From an uncultured Acidobacteriota bacterium (GTDB taxonomy: Bacteria; Acidobacteriota; UBA6911): a DNA stretch of 64,000 nt. The stretch is taken from contig CAWEJX010000020.1 in NCBI GenBank assembly GCA_963809485.1, positions 1,280,001-1,344,000 of the forward strand, written 5' to 3'. Positions 1 through 11,322 of this stretch are shown in pieces (position 1 is the stretch's first letter; every line of letters begins with the position of its first letter). Both the position numbers and the translations under genes were made by a program. The notes under the pieces are model-generated. The model did no database searches. It worked only from the letters and a program-made list of their open reading frames with translations, and was not told the origin of the DNA.

Positions 1-40
1 GCTATCTGCCGAGACTTGGGTCCGGGAAAATACGCCGATG

Positions 41-112
41 GACGCTGACAATCGCGGACAAACACTGATAAAACCAATTTTTTGTCAGCGTGTGTCCGCG
101 GCTGTCAGCGTC
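41..112. repeat. Long imperfect palindrome (REP-like) built of ~10-bp units
   Basis: GACGCTGACA ATCGCGGACA AACACTGATA-loop-TGTCAGCGTG TGTCCGCGGC TGTCAGCGTC; a related half-unit lies near 20810-20845. Confidence 0.55.
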
Positions 113-458
113 AGTCAGCATTCGCGTGTCGTCGAGAACCAGGCTTGTCCAAATTTGGCTCATTTAATTGCAGGCGGCCTGAATGCTTAGCCCCTCATAG
201 AAGCGGCGTCCGGAGCAGAGCCAGGGGGTCGCTTCGCTCGCTCCTGGCTTTTTCGACCCATTCCCTGACTCGTTGCATATACTCTTCCTTGACTTGCAGA
301 TTCGAAGACCTTACCCTCAGTCGCAGGGAAGAAGTGCCGTGTTGGTTGGCTTGGTTGTGCCTTGGAGCTTGGCCCCTCCGGCATGTTCCGAGCCTTTCAG
401 AAAGATGCAACGCCTTCCGACCTCCTAAACTCGGCCTGACCACCTGGTGGAAGCGCCC

Positions 459-1533
459 GTGAAACTGTTAATCCAACCTGACGACGGAATTGCGGCGCTG
501 CTTTCGGGAATCAGAAACGCCAAGAAAAGCATTGAAATCGTGATCTTCCGTTTTGACCGCGCAGAGATTGAAGCGGCGCTGAAGGCTGCGGTCGGCCGCG
601 GCGTTTCGGTGAGTGCGTTGATTGCCTACACCAATCGGGGCGGTGAGATAAACCTGCGTAAGCTCGAGATGCGTCTGCTCGAAGTGGGCGTCGCAGTTTC
701 GCGAACCGCCGACGATCTGGCACGCTATCACGACAAGCTGATGATTATCGACCGTCGTCTGCTCTACATCCTGTCCTTCAACTTAACCCACCTTGATATC
801 GACCATAGTCGCGGCTTCGGCATCGTCACCAAAAACGCCAGGCTGGTACAGGAAGCGGTAAAGTTATTCGAGGCGGACACCACGCGAAATCCCTATACAC
901 CCACACTGGATACTTTTGTTGTCAGTCCCGCCAACGCCCGCAAACTGCTCGCCGCGTTTATCCGCAAGGCCAAGAAGGAGCTTCTCATCTACGACCCCAA
1001 GATCGCCGACACGGAAATGCTGCGCGCCCTCAGCGAGCGGGCAAAGGCGGGGGTGGAGATCAAAATCATCGGCCGCGTTGGCAAGAGAAGCCCTGCTCTG
1101 GAAGTCCGGAATCTCGTCAAGCTGCGCTTGCACACGCGCACGATCATCCGCGACCGCCGTCAGGCCTTTGTCGGCAGCCAGAGCCTGCGCCAGGTCGAAC
1201 TGGATTCGCGCCGCGAAGTCGGCGTTATTGTCCATGAACCAAAAGTGGTGAACGGCCTTATCAAAACTTTTGAGACAGATTGGGCGATGAGACCGGTCGG
1301 AGAGATTCAGCAGTTCGAAGCCCAACCCAAAGTCCTCAAGAAGGCGCTGAAAGCGCTTGTCAAGGAGCTGTCGCCGCTAAATCCCATCGTAAAAGAAGCG
1401 CTCAAGGAAGCGGTGTTAGAGACTGGGAGCCCGGGTCTGAATCCGCAAGAAGTGAAAGAGACGGTCAAGGAAGCGGTGCAAGGAAGCGGTCAAGGAAGCA
1501 GTCCAGGAGCGTGTCGACGATATGGTGAAATAA
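459..1533 (+). CDS. Phospholipase D-superfamily protein (cardiolipin synthase-like); frameshift near 1478
   Basis: HxKxxxxD motif (HDKLMIID) and a variant second motif (HTRTIIRD...GSQS); the KEAV-repeat tail continues in another frame to TAA 1533. Confidence 0.8.
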
Positions 1534-1620
1534 TCCACGGAGGAGTCTCAGCCGCTGCGAAGCATCCATCCCAAACTAGAAACCGGCACTACACATTATT
1601 TCCCCTCCCATTAACCGATT

Positions 1621-1685
1621 TGAGCAGTTTTGAACAGACGCGTGAGCTGTATTGAACGGACACGCGAATACCCTCAGGGTATAAA
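1621..1685 (+). promoter_or_regulatory. Tandem-site promoter module P1
   Basis: TGAGCAGTTTTGAACA-6-TGAGCTGTATTGAA-CGGACA-17-TATAAA. Confidence 0.85.
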
Positions 1686-1810
1686 TATTATGTATACAGC
1701 CGGAGCCCCAGTTAGCAAGGGCTGGAACTCCACTGCAAGTTGTCAACAGCGCATAACGGAGAGCGGACCTTTTGGCGTCCGCCTCCAAACGCATAATTGG
1801 GAGGTTTATC

Positions 1811-1996
1811 ATGCCTTTAATTAACCTGGTAGTGGTCTTGATCGTGGTGGGCGTACTCCTTTGGCTGGTGAATAACTACATCCCAATGGCCGGCTCAATC
1901 AAAAGAATTCTGAATATCGTCGTAGTAATTGCCGTGGTTTTGTGGCTGTTAAACGCATTTGGAGTTCTTCACTCCCTTTCCGGGCTCCGCATCTAA
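1811..1996 (+). CDS. Small two-TM membrane protein (Thivi_2564-like)
   Basis: GGAGG RBS; MPLINLVVVLIVVGVLLWLVNNYIPMAGSIKRILNIVVV. Confidence 0.8.
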   Translation: MPLINLVVVLIVVGVLLWLVNNYIPMAGSIKRILNIVVVIAVVLWLLNAFGVLHSLSGLRI

Positions 1997-2281
1997 GCGG
2001 AAACTGACGCGCATGGGAAGGTCCCATTTCTGATTATGCCCGGTTTTTTCGCTGGAAACCGGATCAGAAGGCTCAGTAGCTCGGAGAAGAAAAGAATTAG
2101 CTCGGAATGCGTTCATCGAACTGCCGCGAATTAAGCGGATTTTGATATGTGAGGGGTTGCTGCACGGAAGGCGGGAGCCCTCGGATATATGTGGATCTGT
2201 ATCCGATGCCGCAACTCGAGGCGACGAATCCCGTAATCCTTGATTTTTAGGCTCAACTGCTGGAAATGGAAGGAGATTGTC

Positions 2282-2945
2282 ATGGTAGCCCATAAAAGCG
2301 CGCCCATCGATTGGGAAACCTTGCTTGCTGGAATCACCCACGGGAAAACTCTGGTGGAATACGGCGCCGACCGGCGCATCTTCGATCAAGGACAACCCGC
2401 GGATTCCATATTTTATGTTCGAAAAGGCAAGGTGCAAGCTCTCGGTTATATCCCAACAAGGCAAGGAAGCGATCGTCGCCACCCTGAGCGCAGGTGAGTT
2501 CCTCGGCGAGGGATGCCTCGCAGGTCAGCCATTGCGCATGGCAACGGCTACAACGGTCACAGACTGCAATCTCTTCCGGATCGAGAAGCCGCTGATGCTG
2601 CGCATGCTTCACGAGAAGCACGAGATCTCGGAATTATTCGTCGCGCATTTGCTGGTCACGCAATACCCGATACGAAGCGGATCTCGTGGATCAGCTTTTC
2701 AACTCGAGCGAGAAGCGTCTGGCGCGTATTCTCCTGCTGCTCGCTCATTTTGGCAAGGAAAGTAAAGCCGAACCCGTGCTTCCCCGCAGTCAGTCAGGAC
2801 AGTCTGGCACAAATGATCGGCACAACCCGGTCGACGGGTCAGTCATTTCATGAATAAGTTCAGGAAGCTGGGATTTATCGATTACAGCGATAACAACGGG
2901 TTGATGGTCCACAGTGGTCTGCTCAGCGTAGTGTTGCACGACTAG
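2282..2945 (+). CDS. Crp/Fnr-family transcriptional regulator (several frameshifts)
   Basis: cNMP-domain motifs (IFDQGQPADSIFY, GEFLGEGCLAGQPLRMATA), SEKRLARILLLL helix and HTH SQDSLAQMIGTTRS...FMNKFRKLGFIDY spread over different frames. Confidence 0.85.
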
Positions 2946-3216
2946 CCCGCATTTCCCAAAGGTTACTGAGGGGCCCTGCATGTTAGGAAGGGCCTCCAGC
3001 GCCTATCCTAAAATTTGCGATCGCCATCCGTGTTAGAGAGCGGCCTTCCGGCCTCCCCACCCCAAAAACAACGACTGCGAAATTGTCTTGAGTTTTGAGA
3101 CGGCCTTTCCAGACCCTTTCGATACGGTTCTCAATAAATAAACCTATAACGAGAAGCTTTGGAGAGCCGCCCTCCCCTGTGTGCCGCAGGATAGCCTCTG
3201 AGAGATGCGGGCCGGC

Positions 3217-3543
3217 TTACAGCGTATTCCTTGAATCAGAAAAGCCCAAAACGTAACGGTTCCTCGACTCCGCAACCTGCAGATAACGGGAATCGTGTGG
3301 AACGCATCGTGGAGACGAAATATCCACAATGGGGTATTCCAGGATTTCTTCTCTATTTAAATCGGGGCAGCCGGGACAGAGAATGCCTCGAACCTGAAGC
3401 CAGTAAGTTTTGCCTTGGGCCCTGTGCACCGCAAGCATCATCTGCGCAACCTGCTCTTTGGTGTTCATCCACCCGCTCAGTTCTTCAATCCCGTCCCCGC
3501 AAACAATTCTTATCTGATATTCATTGCCGTGGTTGTGCGCCAT
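3217..3543 (-). CDS. Hypothetical protein with CxxC motif
   Basis: ORF MAHNHGNEYQIRIV...CPGC; sits directly downstream of module P2. Confidence 0.6.
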   Translation of the reverse strand: MAHNHGNEYQIRIVCGDGIEELSGWMNTKEQVAQMMLAVHRAQGKTYWLQVRGILCPGCPDLNREEILEYPIVDISSPRCVPHDSRYLQVAESRNRYVLGFSDSRNTL

Positions 3544-3604
3544 GTGTTGTCTCTTTAGCGCCGTATCCATTCAAATTTCATTTTCGACTCCCTGATCCCT
3601 GAAA

Positions 3605-3670
3605 AATCTAACAGGCGGCAACTTGAGGTGTCTGTTCCAAAAAGATCAGGCGTCTGTTCAAAAAGGAACA
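3605..3670 (-). promoter_or_regulatory. Tandem-site promoter module P2
   Basis: Minus strand: TGTTCCTTTTTGAACA-6-TGATCTTTTTGGAA-CAGACA-18-TAGATT. Confidence 0.7.
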
Positions 3671-3723
3671 CCCCGGCCCCATCCCGTTTTGACTTGGGTC
3701 AGGCCCAGGCCCGGATGGAAGCC

Positions 3724-3820
3724 TCACTGCTGAGCATGCAACCCCTGATTCTCGCGTTTGAGGGCGCCAAGCCGATTCGGCAAATCCAGAATCATGCCGA
3801 TCCCTGCCAGGTTCACACGC
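3724..3820 (-). pseudogene. Remnant of MerR-like chaperone modulator (CbpM/HspR-like) C-terminus
   Basis: Minus strand reads VNLAGIGMILDLPNRLGALKRENQGLHAQQ*. Confidence 0.4.
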
Positions 3821-3944
3821 GTATCGCACCTCTCGATCAGTTACTCCTGCAGACCGCGCGGGTTGCGCCTTTCCGATGGGGCTTGGGCATCGGATTCTCC
3901 ATGGCTGCGGCATTATCGAGCGAGTTCCCCTTGAAGGCCCGGGC

Positions 3945-4009
3945 TGAGCAATTTTGACCAGATCCGTGTGTAGTACTGACCTTACATTCGATTTTCCCCG
4001 GAGTAGAAA
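3945..4009 (+). promoter_or_regulatory. Tandem-site promoter module P3
   Basis: TGAGCAATTTTGACCA-6-TGTGTAGTACTGAC-CTTACA-17-TAGAAA. Confidence 0.8.
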
Positions 4010-4124
4010 TAGCCTTGTGGATCTCGGGATTAATAGCGGGAAGTTGCCATAATCTCTCAAGTACGAACCTGAGGACCGGGAGAAGGGCAGATCCTCTCTG
4101 ACTTCAAGGTAGGAGGCCCATTAG

Positions 4125-4358
4125 ATGACAACACGGGAGCACCTTGTTTTTGAGCAGCTGAGCACCTTTGAACGCCGTGGATCCGACGCTAGCCCAAATC
4201 CATTGAATGAGGGGATTTTCCGCGCTCAAGTGCCGGGGGGCTGGTTAATATTACTGAAGGCCGACCAGCCAACCCTGCTCTTTTACCCCGACCCGGACCA
4301 TAAGTGGGGCGGCGGGTCCATGCAGGGGGGGTTCAAAAGTGAGCAGAGTGGCGATTGA
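4125..4358 (+). CDS. Hypothetical small protein
   Basis: AGGAGG RBS; RAQVPGGWL...FYPDPDHKW. Confidence 0.6.
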   Translation: MTTREHLVFEQLSTFERRGSDASPNPLNEGIFRAQVPGGWLILLKADQPTLLFYPDPDHKWGGGSMQGGFKSEQSGD

Positions 4359-4380
4359 ATCACGAAACAGGAGGCAGCAA

Positions 4381-4617
4381 ATGACACCGAATAGGACTTT
4401 GCTTACCATCGAATTACTGGCCGAGTTGGCATCGTTTCACCAGATGCCGTGTCTCTCGCTTTATCAGCCGACCCATCGGCGCCGTCCCGAAAATCAGCAG
4501 GACTTGATCCGGTTTCGCAATCTTGTAAAGGAGCTGGAGACATCGCTCCGGCAGAAGTATCCGGCCGTCGAGACCCGGCTTCTTCTGGAACCGTTTAAAG
4601 CCCTCGCTCGCGATCAC
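4381..4617 (+). pseudogene. Truncated baeRF3/baeRF7-like (bacterial archaeo-eukaryotic release factor family) N-terminus
   Basis: AGGAGG RBS; PCLSLYQPTHRRRPENQQDLIRFRNLVKELE, then the similarity stops abruptly. Confidence 0.6.
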
Positions 4618-4790
4618 AAAAGGAAAACACTACGCGAACCCAAATCAATACCGACCGGGACATCGGAGGCAATCGGGATTTGCCTGCCAAAAAACACAAT
4701 TGGCCACTGCCTGCAGAACCGACACTGCAACAATTGGTGGACGAGCACATTCTCAGCGGCAGGCACTGTTGTCACCACAATTAACCGATA

Positions 4791-4855
4791 TGAGCAGTTT
4801 TGACCTGCCACGTGAGCTGTACGGTACTGACACGCAATCTCCCTTAACGTATAAG
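4791..4855 (+). promoter_or_regulatory. Tandem-site promoter module P4
   Basis: TGAGCAGTTTTGACCT-6-TGAGCTGTACGGTA-CTGACA-17-TATAAG. Confidence 0.85.
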
Positions 4856-5217
4856 CAATGTAGCTCGAGTTGCCGGAAAAGAACCGGAGGACAATACGGT
4901 TCCTTAAGGCAAGAGCCTGGAGAATCGCGAGATCGGTAGTCGGATGGTTTTCGGTGTAATTCCAGGAATCACTGGCTTTTTCAAATTCCATGGACCTTTC
5001 AAATCCTAAAGCTGGACCCATAATCCCCAGCTCGGATTTGACACATGAAGCCGACTCATTACTGATAATCAGCAAAGGGGTTGCCCCGTCCAAAGCGGTC
5101 GCGAAGCTGCCTCCTTTGTTAAATTACCACTCGACGCCAGGAATACAAGGCCGCTGGTACTAGTAAGGTTTTTAAAGAGTGAATGTCATGATGTCCAAGT
5201 AAAAGGATGTGAGAAAA

Positions 5218-6901
5218 ATGAGAAGGATAAACATGTTTCTGGCGTTATGCGGCTTGTCCTGCGGTTTGCTGTCCGCACAGGCGCCGCAGGCCGCGGATCC
5301 GACACAGCCGTCGATTCAAAGCCAATCGTTCAGTTCGATACCTATTTATCGCGTCACCGTGGTAGAGCGGACCATGAAGGCCGTAAACTATCAACACCGA
5401 AGCGGCGCCACAAAGATTGATTTCAGCGGCACCGATCTCCTGCCGATGGCTCGCGGCGAGGCCAAAGTGGAGAGCAAAAAGGGCTACATCGAGATCGAGG
5501 TGGAATTTGACGAAATGCAGCCGGCAACCAAGCATGGCGCTGAATGTCTCACCTATGTCCTATGGGCGATCACCCCGGAAGGCCGGACATCCAACCTGGG
5601 CGAGATCCTCCTCGACGGAACCAAAGGCAAGCTGAACGTGACTACCGAATTGCAGGTCTTCGGCCTGGCTGTCACGGCGGAGCCGTACTTCGCGGTTTCC
5701 ATGCCGAGCAACTTGGTCGTGATGGAAAATGTATTGCGCAATGACACGCAGGGCAAGATCGAGGAGATGGACGCCAAGTACGAATTGCTGGAGAGAGGCC
5801 AGTATGAGCGTTTGGCGAATCCGCTGGCGCTGAAAATGGATTCAAAGATGCCTCTGGAACTTTACCAGGCGCGCAACGCCGTCCAGATCGCGCGCGCCAC
5901 AGGCGCAGACCAGTTTGCCTCCGACACCTTTGCCAAGGCCGAGAACAGATTGGATCAGGCCGAGGCATACCAGGCGCGCAACGCGGGGCGCAAACCAGTA
6001 ACGATGACGGCCCGGGAGGCTGTGCAGATTGCGGAAGACTCCAGGGCGATCGCGGTGAAGCGACAGGAAGAAGAGCGTATTGCGAACGAACGCCTGGCGG
6101 GTGCGGACCGCGAAGCGCTGGCCAAAGCAGAGACCGAGGCCGAGGCGCGTCTGAGGGCGCAAGCTGAAAGCGATCAGAGAATGGAGGCCGACCGAAGGGC
6201 GCACTGCTGAGGCCGAACGGAACGCGGCCCAGTCTGAAACCGCGAGGATCAAACTTGATGCAGATGCGGCGCGTGTTGCCGCTCAGATAGAAGCTGATCG
6301 CGTCAAACGCGAGAACGATACGGCGCGAGACGCGGCTCAAGCGGAAGCCAATCGGGCAGCAAGTGCGGCGGCGCAAGCCGAGGCTGACAGAACGCGGCTG
6401 GCAACTCAAGAAGCCGACCGGCTGCGCCTGAAGGCTGAGGCCGAAAAGGCGGAGCTGCGCACTCAGCTGCTAAGCCAGCTTAATCTGGTTCTTGAAACTC
6501 GCGATACGGCCCGCGGCCTTATCGTTAATATGTCGGATGTTCTTTTCGACACAGCCAAGTACACCCTGCGGCCCGAAGCGCGCGAGAGGCTGGCCAAGGT
6601 GGCCGGTGTTCTCCTGGGACACCCGGGCCTAAAGCTTGAGGTCGAAGGCCATACAGACAGTGTGGGAGGTGAAGTGTACAATCAGCACCTCTCCGAACAA
6701 CGAGCCGGATCGGTGCGTGACTATCTCATCCAGCAGGGGATTTCAGGGATGGACTCGATCCCAGCCAAAGGGTTCGGCAAATCACAGCCTGTAGCCACGA
6801 ACGATACCGCCGCAGGCCGGCAGCTCAATCGGCGCGTGGAACTTATTGTCTCCGGCGATCTCATCGGTACTCAGATCGCTTTGTCAAATAGTTCAAGGTA
6901 A
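5218..6901 (+). CDS. OmpA-family protein with coiled-coil (DUF4398-like) region; frameshift near 6200
   Basis: Signal peptide; C-terminal OmpA motifs VLFDT, VEGHTDS, LSEQRA, NRRVE. Confidence 0.85.
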
Positions 6902-7101
6902 GAAGCGCTGACGCCTATTTTTGTTTGCAGAACATGACTGACAAGAAGGCTAATAGGGTGGGGCACGGCTCGCCGTGCCCCAGAATTCCCCATCATTATT
7001 TTACTTCCGAAAGATCCGACCTATGCCCCGTCTTCCTAAAACCCATACCCCACCCGAAGCGGCTCATGCCACGAAGGATTCTCTTTGGAGCAGGGGCTCG
7101 A

Positions 7102-9343
7102 ATGATCTCGCGATTGCAGAGCGCCCGTGCCTTCGTGGTTGGTCGCCCGCGATCCGCAAGGTTGCGCCGCATCGTGCTCTTTGCGGCCGCTCCCCTGGCG
7201 CTGGTCTTGCTTCTCATCTCGGCTGGGTTGATCCACCATGTCTACTTCAATCGCCGCGGGCTCCCGGACATCGAGCGGTTCATCCGTTTCGAGCCCCCCA
7301 CAACGGGCAGGGTCTACGACTCCCGGGGCAAGGTGCTTATAGAACTGGCAAGGGAGTACCGCCGGGTGGTCTCCTACGACGAGGTGCCCGCTATCCTGCG
7401 CCAAGCCGTCCTGGCGGCTGAGGACAAGAATTTCTTCTCCCACTCCGGCGTAGAATACCGTGCGTTGCCGCGGGTGATCCAGAAGACGGCGGTGCGCTCT
7501 CTGGCCTCGTGGCGGAAGGGTGGCGGGTTCCGGCTGCTGTTTCCCCAGGGCGGCTCAACACTTACGCAGCAGCTCGTCCGTGGCTACTTTCTCCAGGACC
7601 GGACTAGCCTCGAAACCGGCGATGTGCTCTTCCGCGAAAGTCTGATCCCGCGGTTCCTCTCGGCGTGCTTGGGGGCGCCGGCCACAAACAAGCTCCTGCG
7701 TAAGCTGGAGGAGGTGCGGCTGGCGCTCTGGCTCGAAGAGGAGATGCGCCGGCGTTACGGATCGAAGGAGCAAGCCAAGCGCGAGATATTCGCCCGCTCC
7801 GCCAGCTTTCTCTACCTGGGCAACGGCCGCTACGGCTTTGCAGCCGCCTCGGAGTATTACTTCGGCAAGCCCCTGTCGAGCTATACGCCGGAGGATGCGG
7901 GCGAGGCGGCGTTGCTCGCGGGGATTACCAAGTCGCCCAGCGTCTACGCCCCGGTCGCGGGGACCCGCGGCCGCGGCGCCGCCGCAACGAAATCCTGGCC
8001 TTGATGGCGCGCAACGGCTACATCCCCGAAAGCCTGGCCGAGCGCTGCCGGGCCAAGCCGATCCGCGTAGCTGCCCGCAGCCAAGTCAAGACCCATGCCC
8101 CTGCCGCGATCGAGAGCGTCTTGGACGAGCTGAAGCAGCACGGCGTCGGACCGATTCGGGATCGAAGACCTCTTCCAGGGGCGGATCTCGGTCCGCTCGA
8201 CCCTCGACGAGCGAGTTCAGACCATCGTGAACGAAGCCCTGGAAAACGGCCTCGCTCGCTACGAAAAGCGGCACCCCGGGGCAAAGGGATCCATCCAAGG
8301 TTCTGTGGTGGCGCTGCACAACGGGAACGCGGCGATCCTGGCCGAGGCAGGCGGGCGTCACGTCTTTAACGACCGCGCTGCGCGCTACTCCGACTACAAC
8401 CGTGTCACGGGCTCACTGCGGCAGCCGGGCTCGGCATGGAAGCCGCTGGTCTACCTGGCTGCGTTCCGCCAGGGCTTGGACCTCTCTACCACGGTGCCCG
8501 ACGAGCCCATCGAGGTGTCCATGGGCGCCGATCAAGGGGGTGAAGTGGATCTCCAATTACGATAATCAGTTCAAGGGGCCGATCCCGATCCGCCAGGCGC
8601 TGGCTGAGTCCCGCAATGCGGTAGCCGTATGGATCACCCGCGAGATCGGCCTGAACAATGTGATCCAGACGGCCCGGGAAATGGGGATTCGCACCCCCCT
8701 GCAGCCTTATATTACAACGGCGCTAGGAGCCTCGGAGGTGCGGCTGCTGGAGCTGGCGGGCGTCTATCGCGCCATGGCCTCCGGGGTCTTGGCGGAGCCC
8801 CACGTCATCGATCGCGTGACAAACGCCTCGGGCATGGTGCTCTATGAGGCTCCTCCGGCAGGACGGTTGATCGACTCTGCTGAGTTGAGCCTGATCCAGG
8901 AGGGGTTGCGCGGCGTGGTTCGCCTTCCGGAGGGCACCGCCCACAGTCTTGACCGCCGCGACTTCCCGATCCCGGTGATGGGCAAGACCGGGACGACAAG
9001 CGACTTTCGCGACGCGCTTTTCGTCGGATCCACTTACGGGACGCAGGGAATCACGGTGGCGGTCCGGATTGGCTTCGATGACAACCGCACGCTGGGCGAG
9101 AAGGAGACCGGGGGGCGCGCGGCGCTGCCGATCTTTCGCGAGATCATGCTCCGAATCTACCAGGACAAACTGTTGGGACCGGCGCCGCATTTCCCCCGCG
9201 AGATCGAGGAAGGAATCGACGAGTACCTGGCAACGCAGGCCTTGCAGAAAGTAGGGCGCGACACACCGCCGCCGTTGGCCTCGACGACAGCCTCATTAGC
9301 TCCGCCAGTGACAGTCTCCAACACTTCTGAAGCCCGGCGGTGA
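7102..9343 (+). CDS. Class A penicillin-binding protein (transglycosylase + transpeptidase); frameshifted
   Basis: AAEDKNFFSH and QGGSTLTQQL; RQPGSAWKP (SxxK), SRN (SxN), GKTGT. Confidence 0.85.
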
Positions 9344-9531
9344 TCCTGAGTAACGGTGGCTGAAACAGATTGCAGCGTTCCGGGGCCTTATCTTGGGGAG
9401 GATGTTCTCACATTCATACCGCCAAGGTCAGCCACCTCCTCTAGCGTTGAAATATGACAACTCTCTGCTGGATGAAGCAGCTTCCCTCCGTTCATTAAAC
9501 CGACACTGAAGTTGTAATAAGTGAGAAGAGA

Positions 9532-9596
9532 TGTGCATAAGTGAACAAACATATGTGTATAAGTGAACAGACATCTGTCTCCGCTCCTTCTATTAT
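9532..9596 (+). promoter_or_regulatory. Tandem-site promoter module P5
   Basis: TGTGCATAAGTGAACA-6-TGTGTATAAGTGAA-CAGACA-17-TATTAT. Confidence 0.75.
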
Positions 9597-9992
9597 GTTA
9601 ATAGGGAAAGGTAGAAGGACGGTCACGCATATTCGTCCACTATATTTCCCTTATGAGTGGGGAGAGATATGGAACACTTATTGATTTTTCTTTTAATATT
9701 GTTTTTGTTTGGTATCGGAACTTGGGATTACTCCCGGTGGCCCAGGTAGCGCTTGCGCGCGATTGGGCAAGGATTCCATTTGGTGCGCTTTAGATGGCAT
9801 AGGATCCGTTTCGTTGGTGTCTAAGCGGCATGACAGCGCCTGATTGGAATCAAACGCCCGGCTATCGCTATCCAAGTGGTCCTGCATGCCTTCGGCGCGG
9901 ATAAGTCTCTCTCGATTTGTGTTCCAAATTTTAATCGATATCGTGTTCTCAGTGTGGGTCCCTTTATTCGAGCACACACTGTGGAGAATGTC

Positions 9993-10151
9993 ATGAAATC
10001 TAGATCTAAGGATGAGGCCAATGGCAATTTTCATAAGGTGAAGGGCAAGAGTGAGAAGCGCTTGCGGAAAGCGATGATGGACCCCACCTTGGAGGGCAAA
10101 GATGAAAATAAAGTCGGGAGGGTCCAAGAAAAAATCGGCCCTGTCGATTAG
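9993..10151 (+). CDS. CsbD-family stress protein (degenerate)
   Basis: MKSRSKDEANGNFHKVKGK...DPTLEGKDENKVGRVQEKIG; paralog of 26147-26326. Confidence 0.6.
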   Translation: MKSRSKDEANGNFHKVKGKSEKRLRKAMMDPTLEGKDENKVGRVQEKIGPVD

Positions 10152-10405
10152 GAAACCCTCAGAGCACGCACAAAATTGCATAGGCGTTTGTTGATAATTT
10201 CGTGAGACAACTCGTGCTCAGAGGATTCTTCGCGTTCGGGCGTGTCTTCTCCATCGGTGGGCACCCGAAGCTGCCCGCCGCGATCGGGCGGCGGTTGATC
10301 CCCTTTCGGCGTAGTCTTCATCGGCATCATTCTTCACGCTGCGCAACAAAGCGTCGCGTGCAAGCCCCTCTTCTTTGGCGGGTTGGGGGAGCGGCTTAGC
10401 GATAT

Positions 10406-10609
10406 TCAAGACTGCGCTTTGTGAAAGGCGTACAGGAAAGCCACAACACTCAGCCCGGCAAAGGCATAGATGAGGGATGTCAACAACCTCATCGCAGGAA
10501 TCAAACCTCGCACAACGCCTAATACATCGGTGATCAGACCTGCGATCAACAGGATCGTCACCAGGACCATTCCCACAAGTGCCAGAAATGCCGTATTCTT
10601 CGGTGTCAT
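10406..10609 (-). CDS. Small two-TM membrane protein
   Basis: Hydrophobic ORF MTPKNTAFLALVGM... Confidence 0.6.
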   Translation of the reverse strand: MTPKNTAFLALVGMVLVTILLIAGLITDVLGVVRGLIPAMRLLTSLIYAFAGLSVVAFLYAFHKAQS

Positions 10610-10758
10610 GGTCAAAGTATGAGCGCTTTAGGCACCCTCGACAAGAGCCGATGGACAGGAATTGAGAAAGAACAACCAACCATGTCGAATGCGCACTTCC
10701 CCTCGTTTTTTTATTTCAACTGGCTTTGCCCAAGATTTTCCATCCTCTCTAACTGCGA

Positions 10759-10823
10759 TGAGCAACATTGACCAGACGTATGAGCCATACGGAACGGACA
10801 CGCCCAATGCCCAGCGTTATAAA
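10759..10823 (+). promoter_or_regulatory. Tandem-site promoter module P6
   Basis: TGAGCAACATTGACCA-6-TGAGCCATACGGAA-CGGACA-17-TATAAA. Confidence 0.85.
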
Positions 10824-10972
10824 TATGCTGTGCCTCAAGATGTCAGCTATATCGGGTATGAGGCGTATGCCAGACGCGAGCGAGATGTTCGCACTCGAGT
10901 TTTTCACGACGGTGAAGTCCGCTTGCGAGGGCTGGCTTACAAAAGTTAAGGAATGATCTTGGGAGGCTCAAA

Positions 10973-11059
10973 ATGTCAATGGAAACTATTCTTATCGTTG
11001 TTTTGGTGTTGTTTTTAATCGGTGGCGGGGGCTACGGATACTCACGTTGGCACAGGTAG
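10973..11059 (+). CDS. 28-aa membrane microprotein (DUF3309-like)
   Basis: GGGAGG RBS; MSMETILIVVLVLFLIGGGGYGYSRWHR*; below the ORF-track size cutoff. Confidence 0.7.
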   Translation: MSMETILIVVLVLFLIGGGGYGYSRWHR

Positions 11060-11122
11060 AGCCCTTGCATTGAACGCAAAGATGCTTGCACGCACAAAGG
11101 AGAGTCCCATGCATTCGATCCA

Positions 11123-11278
11123 ATGCGCGCAATTGTAATACTGCTTCTTCTGATTGCTGGAACCGGATGTTCGCAGAATCTCTCCCGCGATATGAAAGAC
11201 AACGTCAAAAAGTCCCTGGAGCAAGCCGGCTTCAATGACCTAATGCGGGCGGGATTTCTGAGAGCATGCTGTTCATGA
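11123..11278 (+). pseudogene. Truncated BON-domain lipoprotein N-terminus
   Basis: MRAIVILLLLIAGTGC lipobox, then DMKDNVKKSLEQAGFND, then truncation. Confidence 0.5.
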
Positions 11279-11322
11279 GCGCAAGCCGGCGATATGCCGG
11301 CATTTCGGGAATGGAGGAACAA

